Of a DNA stretch of 56,995 nucleotides, positions 42,727 through 52,207 are shown one piece after another. The notes under the pieces are model-generated. The model had not been told where the DNA came from. It saw only the letters and a list, made by a program, of their open reading frames with translations, and did no database searches. The translations under genes were made by a program, and so were the position numbers. This stretch comes from a virus, in the IMG/VR virus record IMGVR_UViG_3300044742_000148; one strand, written 5' to 3'. The number at the start of each line of letters is the position of its first letter. The stretch's first letter is position 1.

Positions 42727-43688
42727 TCGACGCCTTCGCCAGCCTGCCGCACTACGCAGAGCACCTGCTGCCCGTCTGGGAGGCGCTCCCGGAGGGGGCC
42801 CGAGGGACGTTCTGGAAGGCCGGGCCGTACATGGCTGACCAACCGGGCAGCAACCTCCCCAACGGCCGTCTCCGGGCAGTGGGGGCCGCCACTCCGGGCA
42901 ACCTCGTGATGGTGGCCTCCGCCGGGGACACCCAACAGCTCCCCGGCCGCCGCTTCGTGCTCGTGGAGCACGGCGCCGGGCAGACCTACGAGGGCATCCG
43001 GTCCCGGTCGTACTCCGGCTCCCACGGGTGGGACGACGCCGTCCTGTTCCTCACGCCCAACGAGACGGTCGCCGGCAGATGGCGAGCCCGCTACCCGGCC
43101 GCCCGGGCTGTCGCCGTGGGCTGCCCCCGTCTCGACTTCTGGCACCGCAACCGGGCCGCCCGGCCGATGACGGTCGCCGTCACGTTCCACTGGGACAACC
43201 CGCTGCTGCCCGAGACGAGGTGGGCGTTCCCGCACTTCAAGGCCGGGCTGGAACAGCTCCGGGACGACTGCGCCGCCCTCGGCTACGAGTTGATCGGCCA
43301 CGGCCACCCTCGGGCGTGGGGCATGCTGTCCCGCTGGTGGGGGGCGTTCGGCATCACCCCAGCCGAGAGGTGGCACATGATCGCCGGGTGCGAGGCGCTG
43401 ATCGGCGATAACACCAGCGCCCTCCCCGAGTTCGCCTCCCTCGGCAAGCCCGTCGTTTGGATGAACAGCCCCAAGTACCGCCGGGACGTGCACCACGGGG
43501 GCCGCTTCTGGGAGTGGCCCGCCGGTCAGCCCCAAGCGGACGGGCCGGGAGAGCTCCGGGGAGCTCTGGTGCGGGCCCTGTACGGGGAGGGGGAGGAGAG
43601 CCGACGGCGCATGGTGCGGAGCATCTACTGTGCGACGGACGGGCACGCCGCCGAGCGTGCCGCAGCCGCCATCCTGGAGGTCCTGTGA
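42723..43688 (+). CDS. TagB/TagF-like glycerophosphotransferase or glycosyltransferase
   Basis: GTG 42723 in a GTGA overlap. VLVEHGAGQTY, VGCPRLD, TFHWD and LIGDNTSALPEFASLGKPVVW. Confidence 0.45.
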   Translation: MIDAFASLPHYAEHLLPVWEALPEGARGTFWKAGPYMADQPGSNLPNGRLRAVGAATPGNLVMVASAGDTQQLPGRRFVLVEHGAGQTYEGIRSRSYSGSHGWDDAVLFLTPNETVAGRWRARYPAARAVAVGCPRLDFWHRNRAARPMTVAVTFHWDNPLLPETRWAFPHFKAGLEQLRDDCAALGYELIGHGHPRAWGMLSRWWGAFGITPAERWHMIAGCEALIGDNTSALPEFASLGKPVVWMNSPKYRRDVHHGGRFWEWPAGQPQADGPGELRGALVRALYGEGEESRRRMVRSIYCATDGHAAERAAAAILEVL

Positions 43689-43945
43689 ACCCGTACGCCA
43701 GCCGCCCCGACCAGGCCCCCCGGATGTCCGTCCCCGAGACGGAGAGCAAGATGGACCAGCTGCAGCGCCGCCTCCGGCAGCTGGGCGCCACCGGGGAGGA
43801 GTCGCTGGCGCTCCTCGAGCACTGGTATCAGGACACCGACGACTGGGGCGACGAGGACCGGGCCCGCATCATGCGCTCGTCGGACACGGCTCTCCGGGCG
43901 ATGATCGTGCAGGTGCGGAAGGAGTGGGCTGATGCAACCGGGTGA
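43685..43945 (+). CDS. Hypothetical protein
   Basis: GTG 43685 in a GTGA overlap. Internal start of ORF 43457..43945. Confidence 0.55.
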   Translation: MNPYASRPDQAPRMSVPETESKMDQLQRRLRQLGATGEESLALLEHWYQDTDDWGDEDRARIMRSSDTALRAMIVQVRKEWADATG

Positions 43946-44465
43946 CCGCCTGTTCGCCTGGTGCCAGGCGGTCATGGACGCCTTGGAGGCGTGGGAGATC
44001 GCCAACACCGAGGGGTGGCTGCTCCCGGCCCGCCGGGTGATCAGCCACGGGGCGCCCGCCTGGGACTGCGAGCTTGTCGCCGTGTGGGCCGAGGGGACCA
44101 TCGGCTACGAGGGCGACGTGAGCCTCCCGACGTCAGGCCCGCTGTCGCCGTCGGCGCCTCGCTCGATGCGGGTAGCCACGCTGGGCGTCACCATCGTCCG
44201 CTGCGACCTCAGCGCCGCCGAGCTCGACCTGCGAGGAGGGGAGGCGGAGCTCCCGTCGGCCGCTTCCGTGACGAACACGGCCCAGCTGACCTACCAGGAC
44301 CAGGCGCACGTGATGAACGCCCTCCTGGCGAAGGATCAGAGCGCTGGCCGCCCGTTCGGCGTGCACCAGTGGTCGCCGAACGGGTGGGCGCCCGAGGGCC
44401 CCGACGGGGGGCTCGCCGGGTCCACGCTCCGCATCAACGTGGCTCTGGTGATCCCGGTCGCCTGA
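43932..44465 (+). CDS. Head-tail connector / tail completion protein (putative, by position)
   Basis: ORF 43932..44465. 14-nt overlap with the upstream gene. Lies upstream of the HK97 gp10-like gene. Confidence 0.5.
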   Translation: MQPGDRLFAWCQAVMDALEAWEIANTEGWLLPARRVISHGAPAWDCELVAVWAEGTIGYEGDVSLPTSGPLSPSAPRSMRVATLGVTIVRCDLSAAELDLRGGEAELPSAASVTNTAQLTYQDQAHVMNALLAKDQSAGRPFGVHQWSPNGWAPEGPDGGLAGSTLRINVALVIPVA

Positions 44466-44932
44466 TGGCGCTCAAGGGGAGCTTCGCCGGGCACGTCGTC
44501 ATCGACAACCGGGCGCTGAACCAGGTGCTCCACGGCGCCTCCGGCCCGGTGGCGAAGGCGCTCCTCGTGGCGGGGGACATCGTGAAGGCCGGGGCCCGAC
44601 GCCGGGTGGGCGTCTACAAGCGTGCGCCGGGCGACCCGCTTCCCCGCTCGGGAGGCCGCCGACCGGGCACCCTCCGGGACAGCATCGTGAAGCGCCTCGT
44701 CGTCGGCGGGCCCGAGGGCGTCAAGGTGCTGGTGGGCTCTGAGGACCCCATCGCCCTCCTCCACCACGAGGGGACCATCCCCCACAGGATCACCGCCCGC
44801 CGCAAGCCGTTCCTCGTGTTCTACTGGCCCGCCGCCGGGAAGGTCATCCGCATCAGGTCCGTGAACCACCCGGGCACCCAACCCAACCGCTACCTGGCCG
44901 ACAGCCTCCCCGACTTGCGGGCCCGCTTCTGA
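44465..44932 (+). CDS. HK97 gp10-like head-tail joining protein
   Basis: ATG 44465 in a TGATG overlap. LLHHEGTIPHRI...VNHPGTQPNRYL. Confidence 0.65.
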   Translation: MALKGSFAGHVVIDNRALNQVLHGASGPVAKALLVAGDIVKAGARRRVGVYKRAPGDPLPRSGGRRPGTLRDSIVKRLVVGGPEGVKVLVGSEDPIALLHHEGTIPHRITARRKPFLVFYWPAAGKVIRIRSVNHPGTQPNRYLADSLPDLRARF

Positions 44933-44948
44933 TCTAGGCTCCGGCGCC

Positions 44949-45380
44949 GTGACCCGTCATCGTGACTTCGCCGTCATCTCCGCTGAGCCCGAGCCTCTGT
45001 CTTTCACCGTGTCCGGTATCCGGGTTAGCACCGGGGAGCCCTGGTCCGAGACGTTCAAGTGCTGGCCTCGCATCGCACCCCAGGCGATGGCCGACCTTGC
45101 CCTGGCGATGCGGGTGACGCCGGAGGGCGAGCGCATCTGGAACGCCGGGGCTGTGATTGGGTTCGTGCGCCGGGCGCTGATGGACGTGGAGCCGGTCGCC
45201 GTCAACGGGGAGACGCCCCCGTTCGACCCGACCCAGATGGCCAAGTCTCAGCGTGGCCGCTGGCAGGCGCTCGTGAACGACTCCGACCGGGCCCTCAACA
45301 TGCAGGACGACCTCGGGCCGATCCTCCTGTGGCTGGCGGAGGAGTACACGGGCCGCCCTACCGAACCGCCCTCCACCTGA
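44949..45380 (+). CDS. Tail assembly chaperone (G-like)
   Basis: First of two overlapping ORFs directly upstream of the tape measure gene. GTG 44949. Confidence 0.6.
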   Translation: MTRHRDFAVISAEPEPLSFTVSGIRVSTGEPWSETFKCWPRIAPQAMADLALAMRVTPEGERIWNAGAVIGFVRRALMDVEPVAVNGETPPFDPTQMAKSQRGRWQALVNDSDRALNMQDDLGPILLWLAEEYTGRPTEPPST

Positions 45381-45715
45381 CGGCTTGGGCGGTCACGAAC
45401 AGCAGCTACTGCAACGCCAAGCTGACCACCCTCGGGGTGGACCGAGAAGCGCTGACCCTCGACTCGCTGTGCGACCTGATCCACATGCTGATGGTCGAGA
45501 CGGCCCACCTTCCTCACAACCGGGTGGCAGAGCTCGTGGACCAGCCGTTCTGGATCGAGCGGGACACGTGGGGGCAGGGTCCGGTGTCCGAGGCCGCCCA
45601 CCGTGCAATGATGGCGCTGACCGGGGGCCCAGCCCCCCTGCGTGACCCGTCAGCCCAGCGCCCCCGGCCCGTCGGGACGGTGGTGCCCGAGACGCCCCAG
45701 GAGAGCCCGGCATGA
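45377..45715 (+). CDS. Tail assembly chaperone -1 frame extension (T-like; no start of its own)
   Basis: The -1 frame is open from 45059. There is no ATG or GTG near 45377. The stop overlaps the tape measure ATG (ATGA). I could not pinpoint a slippery site. Confidence 0.45.
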   Translation: MTAWAVTNSSYCNAKLTTLGVDREALTLDSLCDLIHMLMVETAHLPHNRVAELVDQPFWIERDTWGQGPVSEAAHRAMMALTGGPAPLRDPSAQRPRPVGTVVPETPQESPA

Positions 45716-48700
45716 CCGTGGTTGGCGAGGCCTTCGTCGTCATCCGCCCCGACGACGACAAGTTCGTCCAGGAGCTCTCCCAGATCAACCTCAGCAAGGC
45801 CGGGCAGAAGATGTCCCAGCAGCTGAGCAACGCCCTGGAGACGGTCGGCGCCGACCTCCGCCGGGAGATCGAGCAGGAGCTCGGGGCTGTCCCCGACACA
45901 CTCGACGTGGACGTCCGGGTGGACGCCAACACCGCCCAGGCGAGCTCCGCCATCCGCAGCCTGGAGGCCCAGGGCGAGGGCCTGGACATCAACGTGCCGA
46001 TTGACGCCGACGCCGACCCGCTCCTGGCGGACATCAAGCGCATCCAGCGTGAGGCGGAGATCGCCGAGGACCGCCTGGTCCGCATCGGCCGGGCCGGGGA
46101 CACCTTCGTGTCCGCCGGGCAGAAACTGAGCGTCGGGCTGACCCTCCCGCTGATCCTCCTCGGCAAGCAGGCCATCGGCATCGCCACAGACGTGGAGACG
46201 ACCCTCGCCCAGACCATCGGCCTCGCCGGGGGCACCGCCGAGCAGGTCGAGCAGGCCAACGTCGTCATCCGGAGCCTGGCCGGGGAGACGGGCAAGAGCC
46301 TGACCGACCTGTCCGAGGCGCTGCTGGCCATCTTCTCCGCCGGGTTCACCGGCCAGCAAGCCTTCGACGTCCTCGACGCCTCAGCCCGGGCCGCCGCCGC
46401 CGGGCTGGGCGACACCAGGGACGTAGCGAACGCCATCACCGGAGCTGTCGCCGCCTACGGGCCCGAGGTGCTGAACGCCGCCCAGGCGACGGACATCCTC
46501 GTCAACACCGTGAAGGAAGGCAAGGCCGAGGCGTCCCAGCTGGCCCCCCAGTTCGGCCGTCTCCTCCCTCTCGCCGCCGAGCTCGGAGTGGGGTTCGATG
46601 ACGTGGGCGCCGCCCTGGCGTTCCTGACCCGTGAGTCGGGGGACGCCTCCCAGTCGGCCACCGCCGTTGCGGGCATCCTCCAGAAGCTCGTCAAGCCGAC
46701 CCAGCAGGGAGCCGAGGCCCTGTTGGCCGCCGGGTTCTCGAGCGAGAGCCTCCGGGAGAGCCTGGCCGACCAGGGGCTGCTCGGCACCCTCCGGGACGTC
46801 CGCAAGGGCCTGGAGGAGACGGGCGGCTCGCTGGGCGAAGTGTTCGAGGACGCCGAGGGGTTCGTCGGGGTGCTGTCCCTCACCCGGGAGGAGGGCGCCG
46901 CCGTCGATGCCGTGTTCAACAACCTGAGCAACAGCGCCGGCACCCTGGACTCCGCCTTCGGGGCGTTCGATGCGACCAAGGCCGCCGAGCTCGCCAAGGC
47001 CTCCGCCACCGCCCAGACGGCCCTCGCTGACATCGGCAACGTCGCCTTGCCCGTGCTCGCCGAGGTGCTGAGCCTGTTCGCCAAGGGCGCCGCCCTGTTC
47101 TCCGCCCTGCCAGCGCCGCTGCAGACGGCCGCCGTGGGAGCTCTGGCGCTGGCCGCCGCCCTGGGGCCGGTCATGATCATCGGCGGGAAGATCCTCCAGA
47201 ACTTCGGCACGATCCAGACGGCCGCCGGGAAGCTCGGCAACAAGCTCGATGATGTCTTCGGGGCCGGGTCGGGCGCCAAGTTCGCTCGGGCCGCCGGGGG
47301 CCTCGCCGCCATCGCTGTCGGCGTGGAGGTCATCCAGAACCGCATCCAGTCGGACCAGGGCGACACCGAGGACTTCCTGGGGGGCATCGTTGACGACGTG
47401 AATGCCGCCATCTCCAGTGGGAACTTCGACACGCTGGCCGCCAAGTTCACTGCGGTGGCCGACGCCCGGAACGAGCTCGCCGAGGACGCCAACCGGGCCA
47501 TCGACCCGTTCAAGCGGAAGCAGCTGACCGAGGCCGTCACTGGGCTCGACTCGATCCTGGCGGCCATGAACGAGACGTCCATCGGCGCCGACGACCTCGC
47601 CGTGCAGCTCGGCATCACCAAGGACGAGGCGCTGGCGCTCGGCTTCCAGGGGGCCGACGCCATCGCCGCCTTCAAGGCCCAACAGACGGACCTCGGCATC
47701 CAGGTCGATCCGATCGTGGCGGCCCGCACAGCGCTGGACGAGCTGACCCTTGCGTTCCTCCGGGGGACGGACACCGAGCAGCAGTTCGCCGAGGTGTCGG
47801 CGCTGACCAACATCCCGGTCGAGGACCTGCACGAGAACCTGGGCAAGCTCGCCGACAAGGCCCGGGAGCTCGGGGACGCCTTCGTGGAGGGGCTGGGGGG
47901 CGTGCAGGACGCCTTCGCCACCACGTTCGGCGACGAGGCCAAGGACACGGTCGATGCCTTCCTGACCAACTACGCCAAGCAGGTCACCGACGCCGCCTCG
48001 TTCACGGTCAACCTGCAGAAGCTGATCGCCCGGGGCGCCACCGACCTCGCCCAGACGTTCGCCGAGCAGGGGGTGGGGAGCGCCGGGCTCGCCGCCGAGG
48101 CCGCCGCCGCCTCAGACGTCGCCCTGGCCGACATGGAGACGAGGTTCGACTTCATCTCCCTGCAGGAGGACACCGCTGAGGCCCGCCAACGGGCGTTCGC
48201 CACCCGCATCACCGACGGGACGCTCCGTCTCGTGGAGGAGGCCAACCAGACCGCTGAGGGCCTGTTCGGCCCGGAGGTCGCCGAGACGATCGGGCCTCGC
48301 CTCGCTGCCGCTCTGGAGCAGGGGGACGAGGCGTTCTTCGCCGAGCTGGACGCCATCGCCGCAGAGGCCAAGCTGCGCTCCATCGCCATCGGCGAAGGGG
48401 TGGGGGAGGGCACGGCCGAGGGGCTGGCGAACAGCATCGCCGCCATCAAGGTCGCCGCCCAGGCGGTCATCGACGCCACGCTGGGAGTGTTCGGCGCCGG
48501 GTTCCAGCTGGGCAGTCCGAGCCGGGTGATGATGCGCATCGGCGGAGACGTGGCTGAGGGCTTCAACATCGGCCTGAACGAGGGACTGTCGGCCCCGGAC
48601 CTGACCGAGTTCACGAACGCACTCCCGAGCGCCGCTACGAGCGCCGCCCAGGCGCTCTCCCTGGGAGCGAGCTTCGGCGCCTCTCCGGCAAACCTCGGGG

Positions 48701-48834
48701 CCTCTCCGGGGGCGACTGAGGTCACGTTCACCGGGGACATCGTCGTGCCGGTGCCGCCGGGGGCGTCCCCGGGCGAGCAGGCCGACCTCGTGGGCCGCCA
48801 GATCGCCTTCCGGGTGCAGGGGGCTGTCGGTTGA
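45712..48834 (+). CDS. Tape measure protein
   Basis: 1040 aa, Ala/Gly/Leu-rich and helical. Lies after the chaperone pair and before the minor tail genes. Confidence 0.85.
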   Translation: MTVVGEAFVVIRPDDDKFVQELSQINLSKAGQKMSQQLSNALETVGADLRREIEQELGAVPDTLDVDVRVDANTAQASSAIRSLEAQGEGLDINVPIDADADPLLADIKRIQREAEIAEDRLVRIGRAGDTFVSAGQKLSVGLTLPLILLGKQAIGIATDVETTLAQTIGLAGGTAEQVEQANVVIRSLAGETGKSLTDLSEALLAIFSAGFTGQQAFDVLDASARAAAAGLGDTRDVANAITGAVAAYGPEVLNAAQATDILVNTVKEGKAEASQLAPQFGRLLPLAAELGVGFDDVGAALAFLTRESGDASQSATAVAGILQKLVKPTQQGAEALLAAGFSSESLRESLADQGLLGTLRDVRKGLEETGGSLGEVFEDAEGFVGVLSLTREEGAAVDAVFNNLSNSAGTLDSAFGAFDATKAAELAKASATAQTALADIGNVALPVLAEVLSLFAKGAALFSALPAPLQTAAVGALALAAALGPVMIIGGKILQNFGTIQTAAGKLGNKLDDVFGAGSGAKFARAAGGLAAIAVGVEVIQNRIQSDQGDTEDFLGGIVDDVNAAISSGNFDTLAAKFTAVADARNELAEDANRAIDPFKRKQLTEAVTGLDSILAAMNETSIGADDLAVQLGITKDEALALGFQGADAIAAFKAQQTDLGIQVDPIVAARTALDELTLAFLRGTDTEQQFAEVSALTNIPVEDLHENLGKLADKARELGDAFVEGLGGVQDAFATTFGDEAKDTVDAFLTNYAKQVTDAASFTVNLQKLIARGATDLAQTFAEQGVGSAGLAAEAAAASDVALADMETRFDFISLQEDTAEARQRAFATRITDGTLRLVEEANQTAEGLFGPEVAETIGPRLAAALEQGDEAFFAELDAIAAEAKLRSIAIGEGVGEGTAEGLANSIAAIKVAAQAVIDATLGVFGAGFQLGSPSRVMMRIGGDVAEGFNIGLNEGLSAPDLTEFTNALPSAATSAAQALSLGASFGASPANLGASPGATEVTFTGDIVVPVPPGASPGEQADLVGRQIAFRVQGAVG

Positions 48835-49283
48835 GCGCCGACGGAGTGACGGCCGCCATCGCCTCCCGGACCATCTCGTTCGGCGACGGGACCGTGTACT
48901 GCTGGGGGCAGCAGGGCATCGTCGGGCTCGGCGAGCCTCCCGTGCGGAACAACGACGTGAACCAGGGCAACGATGACGGCGCCATCGGCCAGCGTGACTA
49001 CCGGGACGTCCGCCACCTCGGCTTTGACCTGACCATCGGCCCCGGGCTGGGTGACGTGGAGACGGACGGCGCCGACGTCTGGGCGCTGTGGGAAGTCCTC
49101 CGGGTCGCCTGGGCGCCATCCATGGCCGACCTGACGTTGACCATCGACTTCTTCGGCTCGAGCACGCTGACGTTCTTGGGCCGCCCCGACGGAGCTGTGC
49201 TCGACACCAGCCCCATGTTGAAGGGCCTCCGAGCTCTGCGGGTGATGCTCGACTTCCGCTGCCCCGACCCGACGCAGTACTGA
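48831..49283 (+). CDS. Minor tail protein (distal-tail-like, by position)
   Basis: TTG 48831 in a TTGA overlap. ORF runs to 49283. Confidence 0.55.
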   Translation: MSADGVTAAIASRTISFGDGTVYCWGQQGIVGLGEPPVRNNDVNQGNDDGAIGQRDYRDVRHLGFDLTIGPGLGDVETDGADVWALWEVLRVAWAPSMADLTLTIDFFGSSTLTFLGRPDGAVLDTSPMLKGLRALRVMLDFRCPDPTQY

Positions 49284-49284
49284 C

Positions 49285-50886
49285 GTGCCGCCGCCTACGC
49301 CGCTTCCGGCGCCCGAGGCCTGGTCGTGCACCGTGGTGGAGCCGGACGGCACGAGCCACGGCGCCATCAGGGCTTACCCCGTGTCGCTCGGCTGGGAGCT
49401 GAACGGCATCGGCCAGAACGAGGCGTACATGGCCGCCCTCGACCCGACCGCCGCCCTGTTCTTCGCTGGGGGCGAGTTCCTGGACGGGCGAGAGCTCGCT
49501 GTGTTCTACGGCGTGGACTTCGTAAAGACGATCCTGCCCTCGCCCCGGCAGAAGCCCGCCCCGACCACCCTCACCCTCTCCGGGTTCGGCTTCGGCTACG
49601 CCTTGAAGCGCCGGTACGTGGGCCGTCTCAACGCCCACCCCAACCTCGTCACGATCAACCCGGACTTCGTGACGGACCTGGCCGGGTGGGCGACGTTCGG
49701 GGGCGCCACGGGCACGTGGGACGCCGGGCCCGGCCCAGACGGAGCTTCGGGGGTGGCCGAGGTCAGCATCTCCGCCGTTCAGAACAACACTGGCCTGCAG
49801 AACGTGACGCTGATCCCCGTGGGAGGCCAGCCGTTCGACACTTTCCTGTGGATCACCGTCTGGGTCAACGTCAACAGCACCGTGGCGGACTACATGGTCC
49901 CGCCCGACGGCGCCGCTCTCCGCATCGAGCTCCTCGACGGCTCCAGCAACCTCCTGTGGGAGCAGCTGGCCGCCCCGGACTGGCGCATCAAGGGCGCCTG
50001 GCAGCTGGTCCGCATGAAGGTGTACGTCCCGGGCGGCCTCGGCACGGTCAACCTCCGGGTACAGCTCCGGGCCCCAGAGTCGGGGGCCCTGTTCGACAAG
50101 GTGCTGGTGCGGCAGGAGGAGCGCCTGTACGCCTCGGGCGACCCGGGCACGATCATCACCCTGCTGGTGGCCCACGCCCAGGACACCGGCATCGGCAAGA
50201 CGGACCTGTTCATCGGCATGAACGTGCAGGACGGGGGTGGCGCCCAGCTGACCCGGGCCTACAAGTACTCCGGCCGCCAGAACATCTTGGCCGCCATGCG
50301 GGAGATGGAGACGCTGGACGGGGGCGTGGACTGGCTGCCCGAGCAGCCCGCCCTCAACACCAGGGAGATCGCCGTGTACTCCCCGCTCGGCTACGAGCCC
50401 CCCGGGGGCCGTCTGCAGGCGACGTGGGCTGACGGGAGCTCTGGCGGGAACATCAGCGACTACGAGTGGCTGTGGGCGACGGACGAGCACGCTGACCGGG
50501 TGATCGTGATGGGCCGAGGCGACGGGTTCGAGCTGGACGAGGGCGTCTGGGTGGATCAGCTGAGTCCCGACCTCGGCTGGGAGTCAGTGTTCCCCGCCAA
50601 GATCGAGGGCTTCCAGGACGTCAAGACGCAGGCCGACGGTCGGGGCCGCCAGATGCGCCGGGCCCACGTGCTGCGTCTCACCATCCAGCGGACCGCCGTG
50701 TTCGACCCGGCCGAGGAGGTCATCGGCGACGGGGCTCTCCTGCCCGGCCGCCTCCTCGACGTGGACCTGCAGGATGGCGAGGTGGACATCTTCGAGGGCA
50801 TGAAGATCATCAAGACGGTCCTGGCCTGCGAGCCCCACACGGCCACGGTGGACTGCGTGATGGTGTCCGAGCTGGACGCCTCCTGA
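49285..50886 (+). CDS. Minor tail protein (tail-tip/Tal-like, by position)
   Basis: GTG 49285, 1 nt after the upstream stop. 533 aa. Confidence 0.6.
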   Translation: MPPPTPLPAPEAWSCTVVEPDGTSHGAIRAYPVSLGWELNGIGQNEAYMAALDPTAALFFAGGEFLDGRELAVFYGVDFVKTILPSPRQKPAPTTLTLSGFGFGYALKRRYVGRLNAHPNLVTINPDFVTDLAGWATFGGATGTWDAGPGPDGASGVAEVSISAVQNNTGLQNVTLIPVGGQPFDTFLWITVWVNVNSTVADYMVPPDGAALRIELLDGSSNLLWEQLAAPDWRIKGAWQLVRMKVYVPGGLGTVNLRVQLRAPESGALFDKVLVRQEERLYASGDPGTIITLLVAHAQDTGIGKTDLFIGMNVQDGGGAQLTRAYKYSGRQNILAAMREMETLDGGVDWLPEQPALNTREIAVYSPLGYEPPGGRLQATWADGSSGGNISDYEWLWATDEHADRVIVMGRGDGFELDEGVWVDQLSPDLGWESVFPAKIEGFQDVKTQADGRGRQMRRAHVLRLTIQRTAVFDPAEEVIGDGALLPGRLLDVDLQDGEVDIFEGMKIIKTVLACEPHTATVDCVMVSELDAS

Positions 50887-51425
50887 TGCTCCGCTACCCG
50901 GACGACATGGAGAACATGCTGGCGAACTACGACGCCCGCTTGAAGGAGCTGGAGCGCCGCCTGCCCGCCCTCAACGACGACCCGCCCGGCCCGACGCTCG
51001 ACTGTTGCGACACCTTCTGCGCCTTCCAAACGGGCACGGAGGAGTTCAGCGTCGGGGAGAACCAGACTCTCCTGACGGTCACGGTGCCCCGGCCCGCCGC
51101 CGGGCGCATCGTGGTGACCGGAGGCTTCACCGGGGAGCTGTCCGTGGGCGGAGACTTCTACCTCCGCTCCCAGATCAGCATCTCGGGCACCCGCTACCAC
51201 CCGATCCGCTTCCACCGGGTGCAGGGCTCGACCGCTGGCGACCAGATGTCCCTGTACCCACGCCTCGTGTTCGACTTCCAAGCCGGAGCCGACCTGACCG
51301 TGGGCCTCTACATCATCAACCTCTCGTCCCAGGCCGTCGTGGTGGGGGAGGGCGAGCTGGACGTGCTCATGCGAGGCCGGGGCGGCAGCGACGGCTGCAA
51401 CCCCGTCTCGTCGGGCACCGGGTGA
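50886..51425 (+). CDS. Minor tail / fibre-like protein
   Basis: ATG 50886 in a TGATG overlap. N-terminal coiled coil ENMLANYDARLKELERRL. Confidence 0.5.
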   Translation: MLRYPDDMENMLANYDARLKELERRLPALNDDPPGPTLDCCDTFCAFQTGTEEFSVGENQTLLTVTVPRPAAGRIVVTGGFTGELSVGGDFYLRSQISISGTRYHPIRFHRVQGSTAGDQMSLYPRLVFDFQAGADLTVGLYIINLSSQAVVVGEGELDVLMRGRGGSDGCNPVSSGTG

Positions 51426-52207
51426 TCGCCTGGCTCGCCGACTCGGGCAGCTGGGGGCCCCTCACTCGGGCCATCGCCGTCCTGCGCCACACGCCCGGCT
51501 TCGTGGTCGGCTACCGGGCTCCTCGAGATTGGGAGCCGTGCGACCGAGAAGGCATCGGCCACGTCTCGTTCGACTGCTGCGGCGTGCCGGCGGCCCGGCA
51601 GCTCGCAGAGCTCCCCGCTGATCTGCTGGTGGCCGACCCGTCGTGGTGGGAGGTCGCTGTGGCTGACGGTCGACCTTGCGTCAGGCTGGGGTGGGCGAGC
51701 TCGGGGGCGCCCGACTGGGACCTCGACGCCGGGCCGATCCACCCGTGGGCTGACGGGCTCCCGCTGACCCGGGGCGCCGTCCGGGAGCTGTGGGGCGTCG
51801 GGCCCGAGACGCCGGTGGTCGCCACGCTGAGCAACCGGCGGTATCGCAACATCATCGAGAACCGGGTGGCAGACTCCGTCCCGGAGGGGGCCAGGCTGGT
51901 CTCCCTGTCCGGGTGGGGGGCAGCCGAAAGGATGGTTGGCGCCGACCTGGTTGTGGCGACGGCCGGATGGGCATCATCAGTGGAGTGCCGATGGACCGGA
52001 GTGCCACATTGCCTGCTCGACGTGGGCGGCCCCGACGGGTGGCCGAGAGTCACCCACACCGTGGACGAGGCGAGGAGAGCGGTCGCAGCCGTCTCGCCAT
52101 GGCCGTCGCCGTCCGACTGGGCCGGAACGCCCGACCGGAGGCCGCTGACCGAGTTCCTGGCGTTGGCCGAGAGGAGCGCCCTCCGCCACGTACAGTGGTC
52201 AAGGTGA
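51422..52207 (+). CDS. Hypothetical protein with weak GT28/MurG-like C-terminal resemblance
   Basis: GTG 51422 in a GTGA overlap. GADLVVATAGWASSVECRWTGVPHCLL resembles the GT-B C-terminal motif. Confidence 0.4.
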   Translation: MIAWLADSGSWGPLTRAIAVLRHTPGFVVGYRAPRDWEPCDREGIGHVSFDCCGVPAARQLAELPADLLVADPSWWEVAVADGRPCVRLGWASSGAPDWDLDAGPIHPWADGLPLTRGAVRELWGVGPETPVVATLSNRRYRNIIENRVADSVPEGARLVSLSGWGAAERMVGADLVVATAGWASSVECRWTGVPHCLLDVGGPDGWPRVTHTVDEARRAVAAVSPWPSPSDWAGTPDRRPLTEFLALAERSALRHVQWSR

